In this document: piece after piece, positions 46,857 to 56,610 of the stretch
How the letters are laid out: each line of letters starts with the position of its first letter
Position numbering within the stretch: the first letter of the stretch is position 1
Origin: Dehalococcoidia bacterium
Lineage (GTDB): Bacteria > Chloroflexota > Dehalococcoidia > Plut-88900
Assembly (NCBI GenBank): GCA_965249275.1
Contig: CBDFLQ010000007.1
Location: 640,001-704,000 of the forward strand
DNA: 64,000 nt
Reading direction: 5' to 3'
Notes under the pieces: generated by a model
Databases searched by the model: none
Told to the model about the DNA's origin: nothing
Seen by the model: the letters and a program-made list of their open reading frames with translations, nothing else
Made by a program: the position numbers and the translations under genes

Positions 46857-49511
46857 TTAGCTGCCGTGGCAGCGCTTGTACTTTCTCCCACTGCCACACG
46901 GGCACGGATTGTTCCGCCCGACCTTCCCCACCGCCGCCCTTGCCTTGTCCCGGGACCGTACCGGGGCCCGGCCTCCCTGCGTCGGTTGACGCGCTGTAGC
47001 TCCGTTCGGCTGTGCACGGCCGTTGCCGTTCGCCGCACTCGGCGCCGCGGTAGCTGCCCGCAATGCGTCCCGATGCTTTATATCGAGATGGAACAGTGTC
47101 CGCACTATTCCGCTGCGAATCCTGGTAGTCAGGTCTTCGAACATCTCGTGGCTCCGGCGTTTGTAGGCCACCAGCGGGTCCCTCTGCCCAAACGCCTCCA
47201 GCCCGCTGCTCTGCCTCGAGTTCTCCATCGCCGTCAAGTGGTCCATCCAGTGCGTGTCGATTGTCCTCAGCATCACGTGCCGTTCCACCGCCCGGGCCCC
47301 TTGCTCACCCAACTTATCCGCTATGTTCTGGTACCGCTTGTCCAAATGCTCCATAAAGAAGACCGTGACCTCGTCCCGGTGCAACTGGCCAAGGTGTTCG
47401 GCATCAGCCTCCGCGGGAAGGGGGAACAGTCTCTCCATTGCGGTCAGCAGCCCTTCCAGGTCCCACGCGTCTCCGTGCTCGTCTCGTAAGTAGCGGTGTA
47501 CCGTTTCGGTGATCTCCGCCTCAACCAGGCTATGTATGCTGGCATCCACATCCGTACCTTCCAGCACCTTCCGCCTCTGCCCGTAGATCATGTCTCTGTG
47601 GTTATTCGCCACGTCGTCGTAGTCCACCAGCCGTTTACGTATGTCGAAGTTGATTCCCTCCACCTTCTTCTGGGCATTCTCCACCGACTTCGATATCCAC
47701 GAATGCTCCATCGGAGTCGACTCATCCATCCGCGCCCATTCCATCACCGTCTTTATCTTGTCCCCGCCGAACCGGCGCATCAGATCATCTTCCACCGAGA
47801 TATAGAACCGGCTGCTCCCCGGGTCTCCCTGCCTCCCCGCCCGGCCCCTCAGCTGATTGTCTATCCTGCGCGACTCATGCCTGTCCGTCCCTATGATGTG
47901 CAGGCCTCCCATCTCCACCACTTTCCGATGCTCGTCCTCCCACTCTTTCTCGTCCCGTCCCTCGGGATTCCCTCCGAGGATGATGTCGGTGCCCCGCCCC
48001 GCCATGTTTGTCGCCACCGTCACCGCCCCAATCCGGCCCGCCTGCGATATTATCCCCGCTTCCCTCTCGTGGTGCTTGGCATTCAGGACCTCATGACGTA
48101 CCCCTGTCCTCATTAGCTTTTCGCTAAGCCTCTCCGATTTCTCCACTGACGTAGTACCTACCAGCACTGGCCTACCCGACTCGCTAAGTTCTTTCAGGTC
48201 CCCTACCAGCGCGTCGAACTTCCCCTTCTCCGACCTGAATATCAGGTCGGGCCTGTCCTCTCGGACCATCTCCTGATGGGTGGGGATCATCACCACGTCC
48301 AGCTTGTATATCTTGTCAAACTCCTCCGCTTCGGTGACCGCCGTGCCCGTCATGCCGGATAGCTTTTCGTACAGACGGAAGTAGTTCTGAAGGGTGATAG
48401 TCGCCAGCGTCACACTCTCACGCCTGATCTCCAGCTTCTCCTTCGCCTCAATGGCTTGGTGCAGCCCGTCCGAGTACCGCCTCCCCGGCATCAGCCTTCC
48501 CGTGAACTCATCGACTATCGTCGCCTCCCCGTCCTTCACAACGTAGTCCTTGTCCCTTTCGAAGAAAACGCGCGCTTTCAGAGCATTGTCCATGTAGTGT
48601 GTCAGGGCGTAGTGCTCCGGAGCGAACAGGTTGTCGATGTTCAGGCTCTTCTCCACCTTTGCATACCCTACGGCGTTAAGAGCCACCGACTTGTGCTGCT
48701 CGTCAATCGTGTAGTCGGTGTCCCGAGTCAGCCTCGCCGCCAGCTGCGCGAAGGTCGAGTACAGCTTCGTCGACTCTTCCGCTTGTCCGCTTATGATCAG
48801 GGGTGTCCGAGCCTCGTCTACCAAGATGTTGTCTACTTCGTCGACTATCGCGTAGTTCAGATCTCCCTGCACCGTACGTGACAGGTCACCGGCCATGTTG
48901 TCCCGAAGGTAGTCGAACCCGAACTCGTTGTTGGTGCCGTAAGTGATGTCGGTGGCGTAGGCGTCCCTGCGGGTCAGGGGTATCAGGTCCTCGAAAGGCC
49001 CGTCCTTGGCCCCTGGTGCGAACTGGAAGGATGCTTCATGTTGAAGGCAGGATACCGTCAGTCCGAGAAAGTGAAATATAGGCCCCATCCACTGGCAGTC
49101 TCGACGCGCCAGGTAGTCGTTAACCGTAATTAGGTGTACACCCTCCCCCGTCAGCCCGTTGAGATACGCAGCGAGCGTAGAGACTAGCGTCTTCCCTTCG
49201 CCCGTCTTCATCTCGGCAATCTTTCCGGCGTGCAGCGTCATGCCGCCCATAAGCTGTACGTCGAAATGGCGCTGGCCCAGCGTCCTCTTGGCCGCCTCCC
49301 TCACCAGCGCGAAGGCCTCGGGAAGCAAAAAGTCCAGGGATTCCCCCTCTCCGAGGCGGGCCCTGAACTCATCGGTCTTGGCCTTCAGTTGGTGGTCCTG
49401 CAGACGCTCGAAATCGGCCTCAAGCCCGTTTATGGCATCAACTACCGGCTGGAATCTCTGGAGTTCCGCCTCGTTGCTGTTCCCTGCTAGTTTTGACAGC
49501 CAATTAAGCAT
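46857..49511 (-). CDS. secA: Preprotein translocase SecA
   Basis: MKTGEGKT, DEVD, ATNMAGRGTDI, QLRGRAGRQGDPG, C-terminal SEC-C motif. Confidence 0.99.
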   Translation of the reverse strand: MLNWLSKLAGNSNEAELQRFQPVVDAINGLEADFERLQDHQLKAKTDEFRARLGEGESLDFLLPEAFALVREAAKRTLGQRHFDVQLMGGMTLHAGKIAEMKTGEGKTLVSTLAAYLNGLTGEGVHLITVNDYLARRDCQWMGPIFHFLGLTVSCLQHEASFQFAPGAKDGPFEDLIPLTRRDAYATDITYGTNNEFGFDYLRDNMAGDLSRTVQGDLNYAIVDEVDNILVDEARTPLIISGQAEESTKLYSTFAQLAARLTRDTDYTIDEQHKSVALNAVGYAKVEKSLNIDNLFAPEHYALTHYMDNALKARVFFERDKDYVVKDGEATIVDEFTGRLMPGRRYSDGLHQAIEAKEKLEIRRESVTLATITLQNYFRLYEKLSGMTGTAVTEAEEFDKIYKLDVVMIPTHQEMVREDRPDLIFRSEKGKFDALVGDLKELSESGRPVLVGTTSVEKSERLSEKLMRTGVRHEVLNAKHHEREAGIISQAGRIGAVTVATNMAGRGTDIILGGNPEGRDEKEWEDEHRKVVEMGGLHIIGTDRHESRRIDNQLRGRAGRQGDPGSSRFYISVEDDLMRRFGGDKIKTVMEWARMDESTPMEHSWISKSVENAQKKVEGINFDIRKRLVDYDDVANNHRDMIYGQRRKVLEGTDVDASIHSLVEAEITETVHRYLRDEHGDAWDLEGLLTAMERLFPLPAEADAEHLGQLHRDEVTVFFMEHLDKRYQNIADKLGEQGARAVERHVMLRTIDTHWMDHLTAMENSRQSSGLEAFGQRDPLVAYKRRSHEMFEDLTTRIRSGIVRTLFHLDIKHRDALRAATAAPSAANGNGRAQPNGATARQPTQGGRAPVRSRDKARAAVGKVGRNNPCPCGSGRKYKRCHGS

Positions 49512-49521
49512 CGGGCGCCCT

Positions 49522-50463
49522 TCATCCGAACAACGCCCCTACCGACTCCCCGCCGTGGATCCTTCGTATCGCTTCCCCCAACAGCGGCGCCATCGACAGG
49601 CTCGTTACCTTGCTGTTCCTCTTCATATCTGGCAGCGGCACCGTGTCCGTCACTACCACTTCCTGTACTATCGTATCCGACAGCACGTTCGTGGCGTTGC
49701 CAGAAAAGATCGGGTGCGTGCAGCTCGAATATATGTTCTCAGCCCCTCTCTCCCTGAGTGCCTCTATTGCCGCCACCAGCGAGCCCCCGGTATCTATTTC
49801 GTCGTCGAATGTTATTGCCGTCTTACCCCTCACGTCCCCAATGACGTTCAGGCTCTGTGCAGAGTCTCCGTTGCCGACCCTCCGCTTCTCGATGATTGCC
49901 AGGGGCGCATTCAGCCGTTCCGCCATGTCTCGCGCTTTCTTCGCTATCCCCACGTCCGTCGCCACAACCACCAGGTCGTCCAGCGCCTTCTCTTCGAAAT
50001 AGCCGGTAATTATCGGCAGGGCGGTGAGCTCGTCTACCGGGATGTTGAAGAAGCCTTGGATCTGTCCGGCGTGGAGGTCTACCGTAAGGACACGGTCGGC
50101 GCCTGCCACCGTTATCAGGTCAGCCACCAGTCGCGCCGTTATTGGCACCCGAGGCTGGTCTTTCTTGTCCGTACGCCCGTACCCGTAATAGGGCACCACT
50201 GCCGTAATTCGTCCCGCCGATGCCCGCTTCGCCGCATCTATCATGATCAGCAATTCCATAAGGTTGTTGTTGACCGGCGATACTACGGGTTGCACCAGAA
50301 AGACATCCCTTTCTCGGATGTTCTCCTGGATACGGACGAAGATATTCTCGTTCTTAAACTCGAATACTTCTATCTGCCCGAGTCCCAAGCCAAGATAGCT
50401 GCAGATATCCTCGGCTAGTTTCGGGTGAGCATTGCCGGTGAAGATTTTGAGTTCATCTCTCAC
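49522..50463 (-). CDS. prs: Ribose-phosphate pyrophosphokinase
   Basis: PYYGYGRTDKK, DLHAGQIQGFF, DDEIDTGGS. Confidence 0.97.
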   Translation of the reverse strand: MRDELKIFTGNAHPKLAEDICSYLGLGLGQIEVFEFKNENIFVRIQENIRERDVFLVQPVVSPVNNNLMELLIMIDAAKRASAGRITAVVPYYGYGRTDKKDQPRVPITARLVADLITVAGADRVLTVDLHAGQIQGFFNIPVDELTALPIITGYFEEKALDDLVVVATDVGIAKKARDMAERLNAPLAIIEKRRVGNGDSAQSLNVIGDVRGKTAITFDDEIDTGGSLVAAIEALRERGAENIYSSCTHPIFSGNATNVLSDTIVQEVVVTDTVPLPDMKRNSKVTSLSMAPLLGEAIRRIHGGESVGALFG

Positions 50464-50572
50464 CCCGGCACTCCCTCGGAACGGATTACATGACTGGTTA
50501 TAAAGCAGGGAAAAAGCATCGCGCCTGTAGAGACTGGTCTCCGCCTACCCCCGATTATAGCATAGCCCCCGC

Positions 50573-51715
50573 TCATCCCCGCCCCTCGAGAAGCACTTCC
50601 CTCAGCCGTGCTATCACCTTCTCCACGTCTTCGTCTTCCAGGTTGGTGGGGATAACCGTCAGGTCGTCGGGGTTGCCCAGGTCGCTCAGGTATATCGGCT
50701 CCTCACCCGACGCCATTTCCGCAAAGACTTCGCTGGGAGTCGGCCCCATCCAGTCTCTGGTGAAGTTTATCCGCGCCGATGGAACAGTGTAGTCGTAGCC
50801 ATCGTGCTCCAGTTGCAACTTCAGCCCCGGGACCTCGATCAACGCGTCGACCACCTGCTGCATCATGGCCGTGTACCGGGCGTTTTCCTCTTCTTCGTCT
50901 TCTTCCACGAATATTTGCAGCGCTGTCAGCAACCCGATAACTTCCTCCTTCGCCACCTTCATCGACCTGCCGATAAACTGGTGGGGACTCGCATTCGCAA
51001 ACGCCGCCTCGATGAGATCGGCCCGACCACACAATATCCCCGACCCCTGCGGCCCCTTCACCCCCTTGCCTCCACTGAAGATCACCATGTCTGCGCCTTC
51101 CGAGATGAACTTCCTCAGATTCTCCCGCGGCGGCAGCATCGACGCCCCGTCCACAATCACCGGCACTCCCCTGGCGTGGGCTATCTCGCACACTTGCTCC
51201 AACGGAATCGCCCGCCGAGACACGAAGTTGGCGTGCAGGTAGGACACCGCTGCCGTCTTTTCCGTAAACGCCGCCTCCAGCTGCCACGGTGCACACCGAC
51301 GCCCGTCCCCTATCTCTACCATCTTCGCTCCCGCCGCCCTGTACGCCTGGTCGTAGGGAAACCGGTGACACCGCTGGATAATGAATTCGTTCTTCATTCC
51401 TTCGGTATCCGGCAGACGTGCCATCTTCTTCATGTCCGACCCTGCGATGCACGCAGCCGCCTGAAGCACGAGCCCCGCTGCGGCGCCGTTGGTTACCAGT
51501 CCCGACTCCGCCCCTGTGAGCTCCGCTATTACCTTCCCAGCCTGCATGTTCAGCTCATCTACGTTCACCAGGACCCGTGCTGCCTGGGCCATTATCTGCA
51601 GGGCCTCAGGCCTTGTCTTGGTCCCCCCAAACAGGGTCGTCGTACCGGCGGCGTTGATGATCGGCTTAACCCCGAGTGAACGGTACACCTGGGACGGATC
51701 GTGGCTGGAAGTCAT
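50573..51715 (-). CDS. SelA-like PLP-dependent enzyme (DgaE-related)
   Basis: IINAAGTTT, VTNGAAAG, IVDGAS, FSGGKGVKGPQ, GRSMKV. Confidence 0.85.
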   Translation of the reverse strand: MTSSHDPSQVYRSLGVKPIINAAGTTTLFGGTKTRPEALQIMAQAARVLVNVDELNMQAGKVIAELTGAESGLVTNGAAAGLVLQAAACIAGSDMKKMARLPDTEGMKNEFIIQRCHRFPYDQAYRAAGAKMVEIGDGRRCAPWQLEAAFTEKTAAVSYLHANFVSRRAIPLEQVCEIAHARGVPVIVDGASMLPPRENLRKFISEGADMVIFSGGKGVKGPQGSGILCGRADLIEAAFANASPHQFIGRSMKVAKEEVIGLLTALQIFVEEDEEEENARYTAMMQQVVDALIEVPGLKLQLEHDGYDYTVPSARINFTRDWMGPTPSEVFAEMASGEEPIYLSDLGNPDDLTVIPTNLEDEDVEKVIARLREVLLEGRG

Positions 51716-51797
51716 ATCTTTAAGCTCTCCTATACCTGTGGCCGGGATACCATGGAAAATGCGTAACCCGTCGATGATATCACAGACAAATAAAGAG

Positions 51798-51824
51798 CCC
51801 GGCGGTTAAATTGCCCGCCGGGCC
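51798..51824 (-). terminator. Intrinsic terminator after the Clp ATPase gene
   Basis: GCCCGGCGG...CCGCCGGGC stem followed by TCTTTATTT on the minus strand. Confidence 0.75.
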
Positions 51825-51850
51825 CATTCTCTCTTCCTGGAACTGTGGTC

Positions 51851-54298
51851 TTAGACCGGCATCGCCGCCTGGACGGAGGCAATGTCAAACACGATCTCGC
51901 CTTCGACTGCATCGACGGTGAGTCGTCCTCCATCTCCGATCTCGCCTGCCAGCACCTTGCGGGCCAGGGGAGTCTCCACGTAGCGCTGAACGGTTCTGCG
52001 CAGCGGCCGCGCCCCAAATGCCGGGTCGAACCCCTTCTCAGCAATCCACTCCTTGGCCCTCTCAGTCAGCTCTATGCTGATCCCTCGGTCCGACAACCGT
52101 TCCTGGACTTCCTCCACCAGCAGGTCAACTATCTGCACTATCTCTTCCCGACCCAGCGATTTGAAGATCACGATCTCGTCGATCCGGTTAAGGAACTCCG
52201 GTCTGAAATCCTGTCGCAAGGCCCGTTCTACGTTCCGTTTGATCTCCTGGTTGTCCATCCCGTTCGTGTTGGTCTTCAGGAACCCTACCGGGTCCTCCTG
52301 CACTTGGGACGTCCCCAGATTACTCGTCATTATTACCACCGTGTTGGCAAAATTCACCGTGCGGCCCTGTCCGTCGGTCAGACGACCGTCCTCAAGCAGT
52401 TGCAGAAGCACGTTGAACACGTCCGGGTGGGCCTTCTCGATCTCGTCGAATAGCAGCACTCGGTAGGGCCGTCTCCGCACGGCCTCCGTCAGCTGTCCTC
52501 CCTCATCGAAGCCAATGTAGCCAGGAGGCGCTCCGACCATCCGAGACGCCGTGTGCTTGTCCATGTACTCCGACATGTCGATCCGCACCATCGCATCTTC
52601 ATCGTCGAACAGGTACTCCGTCAGAGCACGGGCCAGTTCCGTTTTACCCACCCCCGTAGGCCCGAGGAATATGAAGCTCCCTATGGGCCGTTTCGGGTCC
52701 TTAAGCCCTGCTCTCGCCCTGCGTATCGCCTCCGAGATAGCGGTTATCGCCTCCTTCTGTCCTATCACTCTTTCCCCGAGGCTCTTCTCCAGGTTGAGCA
52801 GCCGCTCGGACTCGCCTTCCAACATGCGGGTCACAGGTATTCCTGTCATCAACGCCACGGTTTCCGCAATGTCCTCCTCATCCACGGTCCCGTCCAACTT
52901 TTCGCGCTGAAGCCATGCATCTCTCGCCTCCTCATTCTTCTCCTGCAGGGCTAGACGTTCTGCCCTCAACTCCGCAGCCCTTTGGAAGTCGTCTCTCTGG
53001 GAGGCGCTGTCTTCCTGGTCGGCCAAGTATTGCACTTCCTTCTCCATCTCCTTCAGTTCGGGCGGCGCGCCTTCCAGTTCTATCCTAAGTTTGCTCGACG
53101 CTTCGTCGATCAGGTCGATGGCCTTGTCCGGCAGGAAACGGTCGGAAACGTACCTTTGGCTCAATTTCGCCGCAGCGGAAAGGGCCGAATCCGCAATGGT
53201 GATTTTGTGATGCGCCTCGTACCTCGGCCTCAGTCCCCGAAGGATCTCTATCGCGTCCTCCACCGAAGGTTCTTCCACATAGACTGGCTGGAACCGACGC
53301 TCCAGGGCGGCGTTCTTCTCTATGTACTTCCTGTACTCATCCAGGGTCGTAGCCCCGACACACTGCAATTCACCCCTTGCCAGCGCCGGCTTGAGCATCG
53401 TGCTCGCGTCTATCGCCCCCTCCGCCGCCCCCGCCCCGACAACCTGGTGTATCTCGTCTATGAACAGGATGATCTCTCCCCCTGCCCTACGGATTTCGTC
53501 CATTACCGCCTTCAGCCGCTCTTCGAATTCGCCCCTGAACTTGCTCCCCGCCACCATCGACCCCATGTCCAGGGATATCACCTTCCGTCCCTTCATCGAG
53601 TCCGGCACGTCGCCCGCGATAATTCTCTGGGCCAGTCCCTCGGCTATGGCCGTCTTCCCAACACCCGCCTCACCTATAATCACCGGGTTGTTCTTGGTCC
53701 TACGGGTCAGGATCTGAATAACCCGCCTTATCTCCATGTCCCGCCCGATCACCGGGTCCAGTTTCCCCCGTTCCGCCTGTTCCGTCAGGTCGGTGCTGTA
53801 TTTCTGCAGAGATTGGTACCTACTTTCCGCCCTGGGATCGGTCACCCTGTGTGTGCCCCTGATCTCCTGCAGCGCCTGGTACACCTTCTCCTTTTCTATT
53901 CCGAACTCCTTGAAGATTACCGGTGAGTCTCCGTCCCTTTCCTCGACGGCCGCTACCAGCAAGTGGTCTACTCCAACAAGCTCGTCCCTTAATCGCTTCA
54001 TCTCTGACACCGCCCTATCCCGCAGCATCGATATTCTCGGCGTTATATAGATGGTCTGACTCGGGTAGACTACCGTTGGTGTCTTCGTCAGAGCCTGTCG
54101 GAATTTGCTGATCAGTTCAGTTGTGTCGGTGCCCAGATTCTCCATTATTTTGGGAACTAACCCGTCGTGCTGGTCCAGCATCGCCAGAACCAGGTGTTCG
54201 ACATCCAACTGGTTGTGCTGCATATCGCGTACAAGCGCCTCGGAAGCCCTCAAGACCTCTTGGGCCTGTTCTGTGCATTGGTCTGGTCTCATTACCAT
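51851..54298 (-). CDS. clpC: Class I Clp AAA+ ATPase (ClpC-like)
   Basis: Two Walker A motifs ([16 protein letters not shown]), short UVR-like middle domain, VGF loop. Confidence 0.85.
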   Translation of the reverse strand: MVMRPDQCTEQAQEVLRASEALVRDMQHNQLDVEHLVLAMLDQHDGLVPKIMENLGTDTTELISKFRQALTKTPTVVYPSQTIYITPRISMLRDRAVSEMKRLRDELVGVDHLLVAAVEERDGDSPVIFKEFGIEKEKVYQALQEIRGTHRVTDPRAESRYQSLQKYSTDLTEQAERGKLDPVIGRDMEIRRVIQILTRRTKNNPVIIGEAGVGKTAIAEGLAQRIIAGDVPDSMKGRKVISLDMGSMVAGSKFRGEFEERLKAVMDEIRRAGGEIILFIDEIHQVVGAGAAEGAIDASTMLKPALARGELQCVGATTLDEYRKYIEKNAALERRFQPVYVEEPSVEDAIEILRGLRPRYEAHHKITIADSALSAAAKLSQRYVSDRFLPDKAIDLIDEASSKLRIELEGAPPELKEMEKEVQYLADQEDSASQRDDFQRAAELRAERLALQEKNEEARDAWLQREKLDGTVDEEDIAETVALMTGIPVTRMLEGESERLLNLEKSLGERVIGQKEAITAISEAIRRARAGLKDPKRPIGSFIFLGPTGVGKTELARALTEYLFDDEDAMVRIDMSEYMDKHTASRMVGAPPGYIGFDEGGQLTEAVRRRPYRVLLFDEIEKAHPDVFNVLLQLLEDGRLTDGQGRTVNFANTVVIMTSNLGTSQVQEDPVGFLKTNTNGMDNQEIKRNVERALRQDFRPEFLNRIDEIVIFKSLGREEIVQIVDLLVEEVQERLSDRGISIELTERAKEWIAEKGFDPAFGARPLRRTVQRYVETPLARKVLAGEIGDGGRLTVDAVEGEIVFDIASVQAAMPV

Positions 54299-54669
54299 TC
54301 TTCACCCCCTGAATCCCGACCGTCTGTTTTTCTTGCCGAGCGGTCGCCCAGGCCCCGAGACCCGGTCATCAGCCGATTCAGTTCCTCTTTTACCGCATTC
54401 AGCTCGTTCTGCATGTCCAGCATTCGCCTGGACATCCTCATAATCACGTCAACTCCCGCCAGGTTCACCCCCAGGTCTTCGATCAATGACCGTATTCTCT
54501 GAAGGTGTGCCACGTCCTTAGCCGAGTAAAACCGCATGTTCCCCCCCGACCTGGACGGCTTGATAAGTCCGGCTCTTTCGTAGTAGCGCAACGTCTGCAC
54601 GTGTACGCCCACCATCCGCGCCGCTATGCTTATCACGTAGCGCGGCTCCGATTCGTCATGGAGGTTCAC
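54292..54669 (-). CDS. hspR: MerR-family heat-shock repressor HspR
   Basis: [29 protein letters not shown]; follows the J-domain gene. Confidence 0.9.
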   Translation of the reverse strand: MNLHDESEPRYVISIAARMVGVHVQTLRYYERAGLIKPSRSGGNMRFYSAKDVAHLQRIRSLIEDLGVNLAGVDVIMRMSRRMLDMQNELNAVKEELNRLMTGSRGLGDRSARKTDGRDSGGEEW

Positions 54670-55589
54670 GCTGCCCCCTTCCCGCCTGCTAGTTCTTTCA
54701 ATTGCTCTACTAGTTTCGACTCTGCCTCCGACAACTCCGTCGGCAACGTTACCTTCACTGTCGCGTACGCATCCCCATCTCCCGACTGCCCATAAATGGG
54801 CATTCCCCTGCCTTTCAACCGGAAACTCTGTCCGTTCTGTGTCCCTTTGGGAAGTTTCAGAGCAACCGAGCCTTTTAAGGTCTGTACAGGAATCTCCCCG
54901 CCCAGCATCGCGTCGTATAGAGAGACCGGAGTCTCGACGTGAACATCGTTCCCGACTCTATTGAACCGGTCGTGCGGTAATACGTTGATCGAAAAAATAA
55001 TCTCTCCACCCCCCACCCCGGGACGCCCCTTGTCCGGGTCCACCGACATCTGAAAACCGGTCCACACCCCCGGCGGCACCTTTACCTCCAGCCTACGTTT
55101 CCTGCCATCGGCCCCCGACATCTCAACAAGCCTGGTAGTTCCCCGATAAGCCTCTTCCAGGGTCACATCCAACTTGTGTTCTCTGGGAGCAGCGTGTACC
55201 CGAGTGAAAGGAGCCCCTCCGGCAGGTCCTCTGCCTCTGCGTCCCATGAAACTCTGGAGTATCTCGTCCAGCGGCTCCCCCCCGAACCCGAAAGCCGATG
55301 GCCCGCCGTCGCCTTTAGAGAAAGACCACGTCCGGGTTACCCCATCGCCGTTGCCCCAGCCCCCACCTTTGAACCTCCGTCCTCCTTCATCATAGTCTCG
55401 GCGCCCCTCCGGGTCGGAAAGCGTCTGGTACGCCTCGTTCACTTCCTTGAACTTCTCCGCCGCATCCGCCATACCAGGGTTCACGTCCGGGTGGTACTTC
55501 CGAGCCAGCTTCCTGAAAGCGCGCCGAAGCTCCTCTTGCGAGGCATCCTTCTTGATGCCTAGGACATCGTAATAGCTCCGTTTCGCCAT
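54666..55589 (-). CDS. J-domain protein without zinc finger (CbpA-like)
   Basis: YYDVLG, HPD, G/F-rich region, DnaJ C-terminal domain. Confidence 0.93.
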   Translation of the reverse strand: MAKRSYYDVLGIKKDASQEELRRAFRKLARKYHPDVNPGMADAAEKFKEVNEAYQTLSDPEGRRDYDEGGRRFKGGGWGNGDGVTRTWSFSKGDGGPSAFGFGGEPLDEILQSFMGRRGRGPAGGAPFTRVHAAPREHKLDVTLEEAYRGTTRLVEMSGADGRKRRLEVKVPPGVWTGFQMSVDPDKGRPGVGGGEIIFSINVLPHDRFNRVGNDVHVETPVSLYDAMLGGEIPVQTLKGSVALKLPKGTQNGQSFRLKGRGMPIYGQSGDGDAYATVKVTLPTELSEAESKLVEQLKELAGGKGAA

Positions 55590-55623
55590 CTGGTGTGTTC
55601 CTTGCCTTTTCCAGTGCAGCTAT

Positions 55624-55738
55624 ATGTTAAGTCCTGTCACTTTCTCTGTCAACGTCTTTATCAACTACTTAGTAAGCACCCTTGACAATGCCTTAGTTAA
55701 TTTCTATGATATCACCATAGTTGATAACGTCATTGTAG
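55624..55738. promoter_or_regulatory. Divergent sigma-70 promoters with an inverted operator pair
   Basis: Plus strand TTGACA(55682)-N17-TATGAT; minus strand TTGACA(55652)-N17-TAACAT; TTATCAACTA / TAGTTGATAA inverted repeat. Confidence 0.75.
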
Positions 55739-55752
55739 GAAGGAGGTTTCAA

Positions 55753-55884
55753 ATGGCCGTCAAGAGAGCCGGACGCAATCAGGTCACAGCGCAGTCCCCC
55801 GGGACCCGAGGGCCTCTCACCACACTCCTCGGCATTCTGGGAGCCGTTGCTCAGACCACCGGGATCGGGATCAGATTCTTTTAG
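55753..55884 (+). CDS. Putative 43-aa small protein upstream of hsp20
   Basis: AAGGAGGT RBS; MAVKRAGRNQVTAQSPGTRGPLTTLLGILGAVAQTTGIGIRFF*; first ORF after a near-consensus promoter. Confidence 0.6.
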   Translation: MAVKRAGRNQVTAQSPGTRGPLTTLLGILGAVAQTTGIGIRFF

Positions 55885-55957
55885 GAAATGCGGTGGGGGG
55901 CCCGTGGCCCCCCATCAGCCAGGAAAAGCTAAGTAGCACTCAAAAGGAGGAACAAGC

Positions 55958-56413
55958 ATGAACGCTATAGTACGACGGGACCCGCTTGCAGGAATGAACG
56001 GCATGAAGAGGTTTATGGATCGATTCTTCGATGACCGATTCTTCGGAATCCACAGGTACTCCGCCCCGACTCATCAGGCCAACCTCATGCCCATCGACGT
56101 TACCACCGATGACAAGCAGGTTGTCATCCAGGCCTCCCTCCCCGGCCTCAAACCCGAGGATGTCAACGTCTCGGTAGAAGACAACCGCCTCACCATTGAA
56201 GGTGAGACCCATTCCACCGAGGAGAACGAGAACGAAAGGTACGTCATCCGGGAGCGGCGCTCCGGGGCATTCCATAGGAGCCTGACCCTGCCCCAGGGGC
56301 TCGAAGAGGACAATATCGAGGCCCGCTTCGAAAACGGCGTCCTCACCCTCACCGTCCCCCGTACCGTCGAGGTCAAGCCCAAGGCCAAGACCATCGAGAT
56401 CAAGACCGGCTAG
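55958..56413 (+). CDS. Hsp20/alpha-crystallin small heat-shock protein
   Basis: LPGLKPEDV, ERRSGAFHRSLTLP, ARFENGVLTL. Confidence 0.96.
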   Translation: MNAIVRRDPLAGMNGMKRFMDRFFDDRFFGIHRYSAPTHQANLMPIDVTTDDKQVVIQASLPGLKPEDVNVSVEDNRLTIEGETHSTEENENERYVIRERRSGAFHRSLTLPQGLEEDNIEARFENGVLTLTVPRTVEVKPKAKTIEIKTG

Positions 56414-56439
56414 CCCCCGGACCAATCTCGCCCCCATGC

Positions 56440-56475
56440 TCACGGGCAGGTTCTAAGCCTGCCCGTGACTCTTTT
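56440..56475 (+). terminator. Intrinsic terminator after hsp20
   Basis: TCACGGGCAGG-loop-CCTGCCCGTGA followed by CTCTTTT. Confidence 0.85.
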
Positions 56476-56477
56476 CC

Positions 56478-56506
56478 TTGACATACCCCCTACCCCTTGC
56501 TAGCAT
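56478..56506 (+). promoter_or_regulatory. Sigma-70 promoter for thrC-NIL-moaD
   Basis: TTGACA-N17-TAGCAT with extended -10 TG. Confidence 0.7.
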
Positions 56507-56610
56507 CTAGCACGGATTTCACCTATAAATCAGAGACCGCTTGGAAAGCGTCCGCTCCTACGCCCATCAGCCACTGACTCGCCCACCGGCCCGTAAAACG
56601 GTAATCCAAC

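Noticed and set aside
50527-50549. GTAG-type REP (GTAGAGACTGGTCTCCGCCTAC)
   Set aside because: Single short copy in a promoter region; not enough support.
50573-51715. True selenocysteine synthase SelA
   Set aside because: Short, without the SelA N-terminal domain, and no selB, selC or selD nearby. It fits the SelA-like/DgaE group better.
55934-55960. CIRCE element before hsp20 (TAGCACTC)
   Set aside because: Only the left half is present; there is no GAGTGCTAA at 9-bp spacing.
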